From Octopus sinensis (lineage: Eukaryota), in NCBI RefSeq assembly GCF_006345805.1, contig NW_021825323.1, positions 124,001 to 188,000 of the forward strand: 64,000 nucleotides of DNA, given 5' to 3'. Shown in pieces: positions 25,435-36,546 of this stretch. The translations under genes were made by a program, and so were the position numbers. The notes under the pieces are model-generated. The model saw nothing but the letters and a program-made list of their open reading frames with translations. It did no database searches and was not told the origin of the DNA. The first letter of the stretch is position 1, and each line of letters opens with the position of its first letter.

Positions 25435-26135
25435 TGTCGTATGTCATAATCTCCGGGTTGTTGATACCGTCCGGGCTGATAAATCTGATTTATCACATGA
25501 AAACATCAACAACCCGGACACTATGACATACGATAACATTTAACAAATCACATGAAACTCCTTTTTTTGCAAGATAACAAAAAATATTTTGAGTTGATAA
25601 AGCTATTTATGATATTTTTGAATATTTTTTTAACTCTGATAAATCTGATATATTTTGAATCAATAAAGCTATTTTTAATATTTTTAAATTATTTTTTTAA
25701 TTTGATTTTTGTAATGCCATTAAAACACTTTATGAATTAAAGAACATAATGAACTATGTCGAATATAATAAGTATCCTAATGATTTCAATGAAAATCAAA
25801 AGCGTACGTTACGCCAAAAGTGTCAGAATTTAAAACTTATAAATGGAGAATTAATTCTTGCACTTAATGGAAACTTCCGTACTGCTGTCTGTTTCTTTCA
25901 AGAATCTAAAATTAATTCAATTTTAACTAAAGAACATTTTATCGGACATCCTGGAGTTTCCAAGATGTGCCATTTAACTTCCCAAAAGTATATTGGTATA
26001 AATCAAAAAGTTATTCGCCATTTTATATCAACTTGTGATTCTTGCAACCATTTCAACAGTTTATAGACATGCGAAGATATTCAAATGATTACCGTTTCAC
26101 ATAAATTCGAAAGATTTATGGCGGATTGTATAGAT

Positions 26136-28356
26136 CAGAGGTTTCCAAGCTTTTTTTTACGCGCCTCCCTTAGAGAAAAAGTACAATCTTGCGCCTCCCT
26201 TTATATTCCATAATATAATACAATTATTATTTTATCAAAAACAATTTTTTAAAACAAAAAGTTAATGAGATAATTTTTTTTCCATCTTGGCGCAAAGTTT
26301 TTCAAATCTTGGTGTCATCGCAGAGAGTGCTACTCTTAGCTCATTAGTCACTACTAAACGAGTTCGATATTTAGATTTAATTGCAGCTAGTGCAGAAAAT
26401 CCAGTTTCGCATAAATATGAAGTAGCAAATGGCAACAAAACTTTCATTGCTTTATTCGACAAAATTTCATATTCCGTTCTTACATTCAACAAAAAGAAAT
26501 TAGCGGTTCTCTCTCAAATTTTTGTTTCAATAATGTATCGCATGACAATTCTATCAATTTTTCTTTTTCAAAAGTTGTCAATGCAAATTGATTATCTTCT
26601 TCATCAATAAATGGATTCTGTATCCATTCGAACATTTTACAGTCGAGATCTTTAAAATAGTGAGCAAAATGCTTCAACAAACAATCCAAATGTTCAGCAA
26701 ATATGTCTTTGTTTGCTTCAATGTTCACTATGGCGCAAAAGGTGTTTAAAAGTGGAAACATGTCATAGATATTTTTTTGTATATTTGATTTCCATAATAC
26801 CAATTTTTTCATAAATGCTTTTATTTTGTCCTTTTGAGAGAATAAATGTAGTTGTGGTCCCTGCATTGATTTATTCAATATACTCAATTTCCCAAAAATG
26901 TCAACTAAATAGGCAAATTTGACAATAAAGTCATCATCCCTGAACAACTTTGCATCTTCAATATCATTTTCATCAAGAAAATCTGCAACTTGATCTTTGA
27001 GTTCAAACACCCTTCTAATCACTTTTGCACGAGATAGCCAGCGTACCTCACAATAGTATAAAAGCGATGTATATTTTGAATCCATATCTTCACACAGCTT
27101 TGCAAAAAGCTTAGCTCTTAAAGGACTGTGTTTTATGTAGTTTATAACTTTTGTAATTTGCGCAAAAATATCGTTCAGTTCTGGACTCATATTCTTTGAG
27201 ACAAGTGCTGATCTGTGCAGCATGCAGTGCGTCCAGATAATTTCTGGTGCTCTGTTTTTTACAAGAGCTTGAAGACCAGATTTATTTCCTGACATTGACT
27301 GTGCTCCGTCTGTACAAAGTCCAACACAATTGATCCATTGTATGTTATTTTCTTCAAAAAAAGTATCAATTATATTAAAAATTTCATTGGCCGTGCTCCT
27401 TCCAGGAAATGATCTTCTATTATTGTACTTTCAGTTTGCAGAATAATAGATCTTCTATTATTGTACTTTCTTCAGCATATCTGACATATGCAATTAAATG
27501 TGCATTTTTATTTATGTCAGCTCCCTCATCAACTTGTATAGCAAATTTACAGTTACGTAGTCGAGAAACCAACTGATCACAAAGATCTTCAGATATGTCA
27601 TCAATTCTTCTAGCGACTGTGTTATCAGCAAGCGGTATTTGCTGTAATTGTTTTGCATAGGATTCGCCAAACATTGCTTCAACCATATCGATAGCTGCTG
27701 GCAAAACTAGAGTTTCTCCGATATTGTGCGGTTTCTTGCATTTTGCAATCCTGTAAGAAACTTTGTACGATGCTAGTAAAGCATTTGAAGAGACAGAAAC
27801 AAGTTTTTTTAACGATTTCGTTTGGTTATCAAACTCTTCTAATTTTCTTTTAAAAAATTCTTCAGACTTATGGACATGTTCAGAATGCATCGTTTCAAAA
27901 TGTCTTCTTAATTTGCATGGCCTCATACTATCTGCTGCAAGTGTTTTGAGGCAAAGCAAACAGAGGGGTTTTTTCCATAGAATCAACAAAGATACGTGTG
28001 AATCCTAACAATAAGTAAGATGGAAAGTATTTTCTTGTCTTTGGAGTGGTATTGATTATATTCCAATCATTTTGATTTTTTGAACCATCGTCAAAATCTT
28101 TATTATTCGTGAATTTTCTTTTGCAACCACACAAGAATTTATTCATGTGTTAAAATTATTTAATTGTCTAATAAATTAAATAAATTTTTGAAAAAATATA
28201 ATTTTTAAATTAATAACTCTTATTATCGGAATATAGTCACGTTTTTTTACATAGATATAATTTTCTAAAAAATGTTTCTGAAATACTTTTCGCGCCTCCC
28301 TTGACACGAGTCAACGCCTCCCTAGGGAGGCGCGCCTCCCCATTTGGAAACCTCTG
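26136..28356 (-). mobile_element. Buster-type hAT transposon with a near-complete but disrupted transposase
   Basis: TIR CAGAGGTTTCCAA and 8-bp TSD GTATAGAT (26128-26135 and 28357-28364). Motifs PLCLLC...KLRRHFETMH, FAIQVDE, CMLHRSAL, CEVRWLS, PFATSYLCETGFS. Subterminal GCGCCTCCC repeats. Confidence 0.93.
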
Positions 28357-28976
28357 GTATAGATCTTCGGAGATATTCTTCTCATAATAGAGAATATAAA
28401 TGGATTCTTAATATAATTGATTGTTGCTCAAAATTTGCATGATCATTTCCCTTAATGAGTAAAACTTCTCAAAATATAAGAAATTCTTTTGAAGACTTGT
28501 TTTACTCAGTTAGGCCACCTGAAGCCTTACACACGGATAATGGAAAAGAGTTTTGTAACTCTGAAGTTTTATTTTTATTGCCTGATTGGGGGATAAAGAC
28601 GATTCATGGAAGACCAAGACACCCTCAATCACAAGGGCAGGTAGAACGATATAATCAAACGCTAAAGCGTTGGTTACCAAAAACCATATTTTAATCCGAA
28701 TCAAATAATTGGATTGATATTTTAAAGAATACTGTCTATAAATAAAACACGACTATTCATCGTGCTACCGAAAAGTCACCTTTTAGGTTGCTTCGTAAAT
28801 TTTTTTTAGATTATTTTTTGGAATTTCGGGATTCAATACTGTTTCTTTGTTTGATAATAAAGAAATCGAATCATCATTCGAAGCAAAATCCCGGATAAAA
28901 AAATTTTCTGATAATAATTTCCTTTAATAAAATTTTTAATAATCAGAATATATCAGATTGATTGATTCAAAATATA

Positions 28977-29389
28977 TCAATTCATCGAACCAACAATTGG
29001 CTACGCCTGCGCCGCTTGGGGTTCTAATCTCTCATGGTCTAACCGCCTTAAAATTGAGACTACACTATGCCGAGCCGCGGCTTGCATAACGAAAATTTCC
29101 AAACTGAACAACATTACCCCAACTCCGCTTGACCAACTTATTAAGAAAGATGGAAGGGGTTTCTTAGCCCTCCAACAAGACCACCTGCCAAAAGACTACA
29201 ACAATCAGAAGCACATCACCCCAATCCAATTCCTCGAAAAAACTGCTCCCCGCCCGTCCCGCACTTGCGTTGGGTCCAGAGTCCAACATCGGGAAAAGCT
29301 AAGAAAGATTTTTAGGATTGTTGGAATCACCTAATTAATTACCCTAATTAACTGTTGGTGATTCTTGGGTTAAATAATAATAATAATCA
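28977..29389 (+). mobile_element. LINE 3' fragment with (TAA)n tail and 13-bp TSD
   Basis: YACAAWGSNLSWSNRLKIE resembles AYACGSWGPRLSWSNRRRIE at 57.9 kb. GATTCAAAATATA flanks it at 28964-28976 and 29390-29402. Confidence 0.72.
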
Positions 29390-30404
29390 GATTCAAAATA
29401 TAATATGTCACGGTCCAGTGGTGTGCCTATGCCGTAGGTGTGCCTCCATCGCAATTTTTTTTCATAAAAATTTCTTGGTGGGTTATTTTTATTTGCTAAA
29501 CCGATTTTTAAAATTTTTTTTCCAAATTATCAACTATTTTTTTCCAATCTAGAGTCTTTTGGCATAAAACAACATAGAATGCAATTTTAAAACTAATTTA
29601 TTATTTTTTATTATATAGATATTTATTTTGTATAAAATACTATTTAATTACTATTTTTGTGTGGGCATGTAGGTTACTCTCTGGAATGCTGAAACTGATT
29701 TAATCAAAAATTATTAACGATTCGGAGAATTCACGGAAGACATAGATCGATCGAAAAGAGTCCGCTATCGTCGGCTCTCAAAAATAATGATTTTTGAGGG
29801 GGGAAAAATTTATTTAACAGTTTAAACTATCCAATTGATCAATTAAGAAAATCTCTGTACAACGTTACTCGTGCAGAGGTTTCTGACGTAATTAAACATT
29901 GTCCTTTCTGCCAATCCAAAAGGATGCTGGAGACTAAGCCACCAATCACGCCGATAATATCCAAAAACCCAAGAGATAGATATCTTGCGGATTTGGTGGA
30001 TCTAAGGCGTTATTCAGAACGAAATTCTGGATATTCTTGGGTATTTATTAGCAGTATTAAATCTCAGATTCTAGTTGTTATCGACTCTTTTTCAAAGTTT
30101 GCAATGGTTGAAGTTGCAACTTCAAAAAACTCAGAAGAAATTGTAAATCTTATCGGGAAAATCTTTTATACGAATGGTCCTCCCCTCATACTGCATACAG
30201 ATAATGGAAAAGAGTTTAAAAACTCAAAAATGGTTAAGTTTTGTGAGGATTTTGGGACCAAACATGTTTTTGGGCGTCCTCGTGCACCATGGGTTCAGGG
30301 ACAAGTTGAAAGGTATAATTTTAGTATTCATTCAATAGATTTAATCAGTCGATTAAAAGATGGTTGTCTTCAACAAGTGCGTCAGAAGGAACATTTGGGA
30401 GTTA

Positions 30405-31888
30405 CAGTCTGTAACAGCAAAAAGGAATATTCTTAAAACACCATTTAAAATCAAATAATATTCATTTTAAATATTTAAATCACTCTAATGACATTAATTA
30501 TTATGTAATTACGTTTTTATAAATTTTAAAAATCTTTGAAAATGCATAATTTTAGTTAATTATTTGAAATTTTGTAACAGCAAAAAGGAATATATCAAAA
30601 CCCAACAATAAAAACCATTGAATTAATAGTTAATATATTTTCCCTTGAAACGACAAATGTCCAATGTTCTTTTTCTAAAACTTAACGACAATTTTTTGCA
30701 TATTTCTTCATCAAATCCATTCCAAACGTTTAAAATTTCGGCCTTTAGATCTTTTAAATTCTGAGGCGCTCTTTCTGCTATTTTCTCTTTAATTATTCCC
30801 CATAAGTTTTCGATTGGGTTACAATCAGGAGATTGGGGGGGCCATTGCAACAATTCAACATTTTTTTCATTCAAAAATTGTTTAGTAAGCTTTGCTGTGT
30901 GTTTAGGATCGTTATCCTGTTGGAACACAAATTCATCAAGCTGCATTTTTTCCGCATAAGAAAACAAATTCGTTGATAAAATATCAATATATTTGTATTT
31001 GTCCATTATACCGTCAATAAAAACTAATTTGCCGACGCCATAATATGAGAAACAAGCCCAAACCAGCAAACTGCCACCACCATGTTTTACAGTAGGTAAA
31101 ATATTTTGGGGTTCTAACTTTTTATTGCGTTTTCGCCAAACAAAAGGCTTTCCATTGGTGTAGAAAAGGTTGAATTTACATTCATCAGAAAAAATAATGC
31201 TCTTAAGTTTCTTTTCATCATATTGAACCATTTGCATGCTGCTTCATAACGTAATTTAATTATTCGTGGTGTTAGCAATGGTTTTTTTATTGGTTTGTGG
31301 GCATATATTTTTTTCTTGTTCAACATTCTTTTAATTGTCAAATAACTAATTGATAAGTTTCTCTCATTTTTCAATTTAATAGAAATTTTCCTAAGTGACA
31401 ATTTGGAGTTTTGTTCAATTTCATAACAAATCATGTTTGAAATTTCTTTAGAATAAATATTATGACCACCACTGCCTTTTCTGGGTACCTTTGTATTGCT
31501 TAAAGACATTTTTTTATTTGTTTCGAAATTGTTGATTGGCAAACGTGCAGAATAGATGCAATATGTTTTTGCTTGAAACCGGCATTTTTTAATGAAATCA
31601 TTTGTGCTATTTTATTTGAAGTCAGTTTCATTTCTATAAGTTATTATTTATTTATCATGTACACAACAGGAATCAACAGAAATTTTTAAAAATCAAAAAA
31701 TATTACATTTTGCTGTTACAAAATTTCAAGTAATTAACTAAAATTATGCATTTTCAAAGATTTTTAAAATTTATAAAAACGTAATTACATAATAATTAAT
31801 GTCATTAGAGTGATTTAAATATTTAAAATGAATATTATTTAATTTTAAATGGTGTTTTAAGAATATTCCTTTTTGCTGTTACAGACTG
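30405..31888 (-). mobile_element. Tc1-family transposon (DD34E) with one frameshift
   Basis: TA-flanked TIRs of about 190 bp starting CAGTCTGTAACAGCAAAAAGGAATAT. Motifs FSDE, KHGGGSLLVWACF, QQDNDPKH...34 aa...NPIE. Confidence 0.93.
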
Positions 31889-32379
31889 TATATGCCATTT
31901 CTTGGAAGGATCGTATTCAGATACAATACGACCGTTCACGAGACAACACAAAAAACTCCATTCTTACTTTTTACTGGCTGTCAGTATCCTCCAAAATTAA
32001 TTGCGATGATTTAAATAATCTAATTGCGTTTGAACCCAAGGTGGAAGTAGTTCAGGTAATTTATTTTAATGCATGTTGATAGGCATGTCATGATGCATTG
32101 AGGAACACAATCAGGGCAGGGGAAAAAATGCAAAAAAGAAGGAGATAGAAGGATGATGAAACGTGTATAGGAAGTGGTGATTCTGTCCTCATAAGAGGAG
32201 ATTTTAACACAAATCCGGCACATCGAACGATGCCGCTTTACGACCAGGTGGATACGACTATATATAAAGTTGTGAAACAGAATGGCGACAACTATGAAGT
32301 TGAGAATGATGAGGGGAATTTGTAAAAAAACATTTTTCACAATTAAAAAAATTATAAAAACATTCTTTTGTAATTTTAA

Positions 32380-32425
32380 TGATTAGGTTTTAGAGTTAAT
32401 GCATCCTTAGGGTTAGAGTTAGGGT
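32380..32425 (+). repeat. Degenerate TTAGGG-like repeats
   Basis: gattaggttttagagttaatgcatccttagggttagagttagggtc. Confidence 0.4.
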
Positions 32426-32485
32426 CAATCCATCCTTATAGATTTTTTTTAATTAAAAAATTTTTTACTCAATTTTTTATATATA

Positions 32486-33324
32486 CAGTCGGACCTCGGT
32501 TTATGAGCCACTTGGTGGCTCATAAACCGAGGTTGTATCATAAACCGAGGTTCGCTAATAATCCTAATTAACAGTACTTTAAGTAAAAAATAGTTCACAA
32601 GAAACAGATAGAAACAGTTCATAAGTTATACTTTTTTGAAATAATGCGTAATCTTTTCTCCAAAACGATTTTTATCCCGTAAATTAATCAGTATTTTTTT
32701 CCTTAAATTGAGATTTTTGGTTGCTTCCAAAAAATTGCTTTTATTTTCACAAATGCATACGAATTCGATAAGTAAATTACTGTAATTTGTCTTCAGTGCT
32801 TTAATTATGCCCATATCCAATGGCTGAACTAACGATGTTGTGTTTTTAGGTAAATATAAAAATTCAATGTTTGAATAATCGGATAGTCTATGAGAACTAG
32901 CATTATCCAACAACATTAATATTTTTCGGTTTTCAGAAAGCATTCTGGTATTTAATTTAAAAACCCAGCTTTTAATAATTTCAGTTGTCATCCACGAATT
33001 TTTAGAAGAAGAGTACATGACGTTAAAAACATCAGGATTGAATTGTTTTAAGCACCGAGGGTTTCGATATTTGCCGATAATTAAAGGCTCCAGTTTCTCT
33101 CCAAGATAACTGCAGCATAGAAGCAGGCTAACCCTTTCCTTGTGCTGCTTACAAAATATTTAGTTTATAGCAATTTTTAGATGGCTCATACGAGGTCTAT
33201 TTTTAATTGATTTTTACAAACCCCTTAGGAAAAAGCAGTTTCAAAAACGTGGCTCAAAAATAGTTTGTATCATAAAGCGAGTATGGATCATACCCGAGGT
33301 CTGGCTCATAACGAGGTCCGACTG
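32486..33324 (-). mobile_element. Internally deleted Tigger/pogo transposon
   Basis: TA-flanked TIR CAGTCGGACCTCG(G)TT(T)ATGAGCCA. DDE_1 fragment PLIIGKYRNPRC...NSWMT...LLDNASSH...LPKNTTSLVQPLDMGII. Confidence 0.9.
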
Positions 33325-33664
33325 TATTAGTTATTAAAAACATATTTTATAAAATCAGGAAATACATAAATTTTAAATTGTGATACTTTCAGTATTTTTA
33401 TTGTTGCTGTAATCACCGACATTGGAATATTTCCAATAAGTAACAAAAAACTAAATAAATAATGATTTAGGACTAATCGATAATAGATGTACCGATTTAC
33501 AAAAAAAAACGGAAAAAAATTGCGATGGAGGCACACCTACGGCATAGGCACACTCGTGGACCGTGACATGATATATCAGAAAGGATTGGTGTTAAGATCG
33601 GGATCATACGATGGGTCAAAATAGTCTTGGGACACTTGTTTATTTTTAATAACATTTAATCCAC

Positions 33665-33775
33665 AGCTAGGGTTACAATTAGAATAAGAGTTTGTGTTAG
33701 GGTTTAAATTAGGTTTGGTTGATGTTAGGGTATAAAGTCAAAATATGGTTAGGGTTTGGATTCGAATTTTGGGTA
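33665..33775 (+). repeat. Dispersed TTAGGG-like motifs in the 3' subterminal region of integrase element A
   Basis: ctagggtta, gttagggttt, ttaggtttgg, gttagggta and ggttagggtttgg within about 110 bp. Confidence 0.4.
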
Positions 33776-34107
33776 GAACTAAAATTAGTCTTCTTTCTTA
33801 AGAACGAGTGTTTGTTAGTGTTTTCAAGTGATCAATCGTTCTCATCAGCCCGGACAGTATCAACAACCCGGACGCTATGACATACGACATTAACTAATTT
33901 GAATTTATTAAAAAATGTTAAATTTAAAGAACGCGTGTATACACAAAAATGTGGTGTGAAAGTATTTCTTCCCCAGAATTAAGTATATTAGCAAATAAAT
34001 CGCATAGAATGGACAAAAGAAAGTAACAATACACTAATTCAGAGAGTTCTAGCCAACATAACCGACTCACACGACAAACGACTCACACGACAATAACTGA
34101 AAATTTA

Positions 34108-34134
34108 AAAAACGGGGCCAAAAGGGGGGACCGA
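34108..34134. repeat. Exact 27-bp repeat, copy 1
   Basis: AAAAACGGGGCCAAAAGGGGGGACCGA, identical to 36520-36546. Confidence 0.9.
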
Positions 34135-35623
34135 GTACTAAGGGACTTGTACTCGCACAAGTTCTCGAAATTGTCGGTCAAAGACAAGTTCCATTACGTC
34201 AAAAAATTCGAACACCTTGACGACAATACGAGGTTTTCCATTCGTGGTTTATGCAGTCTGATTTGGCTGATGTCAGGAAACTCAGGTCAAATGTCAAGAG
34301 AACGAGCATTTGCCTTCAAACTTTCAGGAAGGAAGAGGAAATAGTTGGTGCGCATTTAAAAATTCTTCGTTGTTTGAACTGGATCTTAGGCTAGGTCGAC
34401 TCACAAACGCGTCTTCTCGATGGGATCCCCTTTCCTCAAAGGAGAAGGAAGGTCTGGCGAGGTGGGTAGTCTGATTAAATGAAGAATATTCCCGGGAATA
34501 AAGAGGAGACTGTCGGGATTGGACGAGTTTGAGAGTTCGTTGATGGAGGGCCTTCTGTTAAAGGAATGCGATCATTAAGATTGAAATGGGTCTACACAGT
34601 CGGAGGAAAGGCCTTTTATCGTCAAGCAATTCATGTCCACGTTGATTTTTTGTGGGGAATTGTGTCACTAATTTTAATTGAAAAAGTAAATTCACTTATC
34701 TCTGTCTTACCTTCCGGTCTTAGCGTAGCGTTATGGGGTCCACCATGTCTGTTGGAACTTCCAATCGGATATGGAAACGCTCGGGAGACACTTAATGCCT
34801 ACCGAAAAAGAACTTCTAGAACTCTGACATCGTCGTCCCAGACCGATCATCGTGGGCAGGATCGAACCTTTCAGAAGGATCTCCGTCGCTTGCGACATGA
34901 ATCAGGTATCGCGGAAGATTATAGTTAACCGGCTTACCCTGGTCCTTTGGTCAATAAAATGTCTTTGAAATGTTAACAAAGAAATGAGTATTGGTACAGT
35001 CTGCACTAAGTAAGTGACTACCAAGTAAGCCGTCACCCCGTAGATCGAAGTAGTATTTTGAGGAATTGTTGGATCAGCAAATCTATTGAAATAACTAAAC
35101 ATTGGAGAAATATTTTCAAATTTTATTAACCAAGAAATTCTGCATTTGAAGGCACGTGTTGACGAGGCAGGGATGAATTTTTTGGAGGTGTTTGTCGCAA
35201 ATGTAGACGAAATGAATAACAGCAACAACAAGCCCTGGTGTAAAATGAGAACGAAATGTTAACATCTCGCTTGGGCCAGCCACATAAGATCAAGACAGAA
35301 AGAAAACATGTTATTAAGAACAGACGAAATGAATGGGGTACATAATTTCTCAAGGGTAAAATCTCATTCCAATCATCTTCGTTCTCACTAGCAGATTAAG
35401 ACGAAAGGAATTTTTGTTGGTGAAGATTTTAGATGAAATGAGATTAAAGTGCATACAAAAGGACATTGACATGTTTCCGTAACATTCTGCTTATTCCCGA
35501 TAATATTATACAAGAACTTGACTCTCATTTGTTTAATACGTTGCGTAATCGTAAAATTTGTTAGGTAATTGACTCGGTTAAAGGAAATTAAATACATTCG
35601 TTATTTGAATTTATTTGTTACAC

Positions 35624-36347
35624 CAGCGGTTCTCAAATGCGGCCCCCAGGATTTTTTTTGCGGCCCCTCTAGAGTAACTAACTTTTTAAATTTTTTAATA
35701 ATGTTTAAATTTAATTATTCATTCTTAAGGTTAAACATATCCATAATTGGTGATTTCATTATTCAATTTGCAGCACGTTTTGGGGTACATTTATATAAAT
35801 TTAATTTTTAGAATTTTAAAGAATTCTTTTCTTTAATGAAAATATTCGCAACTCCATTCAGCGTGGAAATTAAGGATGCGCCTGCAAAGTTTCAACTAGA
35901 ACTCATTAATTTACAACATGATATAGAACTTCCGGCATTGTTCAAAAATGCGTCCATTATTAATTTTTACGAATTAATTCCTCAAGACCTGGCACCCTAC
36001 CCCTTTATATCATCTCTGCCAAGAAAATACTCTTGTCAAATTGTTCACAGGACGGGGACTCGTGGACGATCTCTGCTTTGGACTCGAACTCGTGGAGGCA
36101 TTTGACAACTCAGGATCAGCCAATGGCCGGACACGGCTGATTACGGCTTTAACTAACTAACTAACTAATTCCTCAAGACAAATTCAAAAATATAACACAC
36201 AATGCATATATGAATCTACATATTTATGCGAATCAATATTTAGTAAAATGGAAAATATAAAAATATATAAAATATTTTTTGTGCGGCCCGCGAAGCTAAT
36301 CTTAATTATCGATTTGGCCCTTGAGCTAAAAAGGTTGAGAACCTCTG
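35624..36347 (+). mobile_element. Non-autonomous hAT derivative
   Basis: TIRs CAGCGGTTCTCAA and TTGAGAACCTCTG. GTTACAC is duplicated on both sides (7 of the expected 8 bp). Transposase C-terminal remnant FATPFSVEIKDAPAKFQLELINLQ. Confidence 0.85.
35989..36165 (+). mobile_element. 177-bp 5'-truncated retroposon with (TAAC)n tail and 14-bp TSD
   Basis: TAATTCCTCAAGAC at 35975-35988 and 36166-36179. Tail ...tttaactaactaactaac. Confidence 0.82.
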
Positions 36348-36519
36348 GTTACACATATGAAGAACATTTTTTGTGACTTATTAATAAAATTAATTTACCT
36401 CATAATAACATCGAAATCGTGGAAATATGTATCCTGTGGAATAAATGGAGGATTTTTCTGCTTCAGACAGTTTATTAAGTCGTTTGAACAAAATCTATTG
36501 ACATGGGAATAAAACTGAT

Positions 36520-36546
36520 AAAAACGGGGCCAAAAGGGGGGACCGA
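36520..36546. repeat. Exact 27-bp repeat, copy 2, abutting the 5' truncation of a CRE-like element
   Basis: Identical to 34108-34134. Confidence 0.9.

Larger units (their letters stand above)
29406..33568 (+). mobile_element. Ginger2/TDD-like integrase transposon B, intron-containing, interrupted by Tc1 and Tigger
   Basis: TIR TGTCACGGTCCA...GTGTGCCTATGCCGTAGGTGTGCCTCCATCGCAATTTTTT at both ends. Integrase RYLADLVD, GPPLILHTDNGKEF, VQGQVER. Removing the Tc1 restores GSYMPFLGRIVFRYNTTVHETTQKTPF. Confidence 0.85.
25435..33889 (+). mobile_element. Ginger2/TDD-like integrase transposon A (outer element of the nested stack)
   Basis: Termini TGTCGTATGTCATA..TCCGGGTTGTTGATAC.GTCCGGGCTGAT (from 25435) and its inverse (ending 33889), with flanks TTAT and TTAA. 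Integrase with HHCC finger (EHFIGHPG...CDSC), FMADCID|LRR (split by a hAT), LHTDNGKEF and HPQSQGQVERYNQTLKRW. Pairing of the two termini is inferred. Confidence 0.7.

Noticed and set aside
32380-33775. True telomere or chromosome fusion site
   Set aside because: Only a few degenerate, non-tandem units, embedded inside transposon termini.
34902-35353. Two-exon membrane-protein gene on the minus strand
   Set aside because: It overlaps antisense the segment whose plus-strand frame shows synonymous-type conservation with 40.8-41.0 kb. It has no ATG and no recognisable family.
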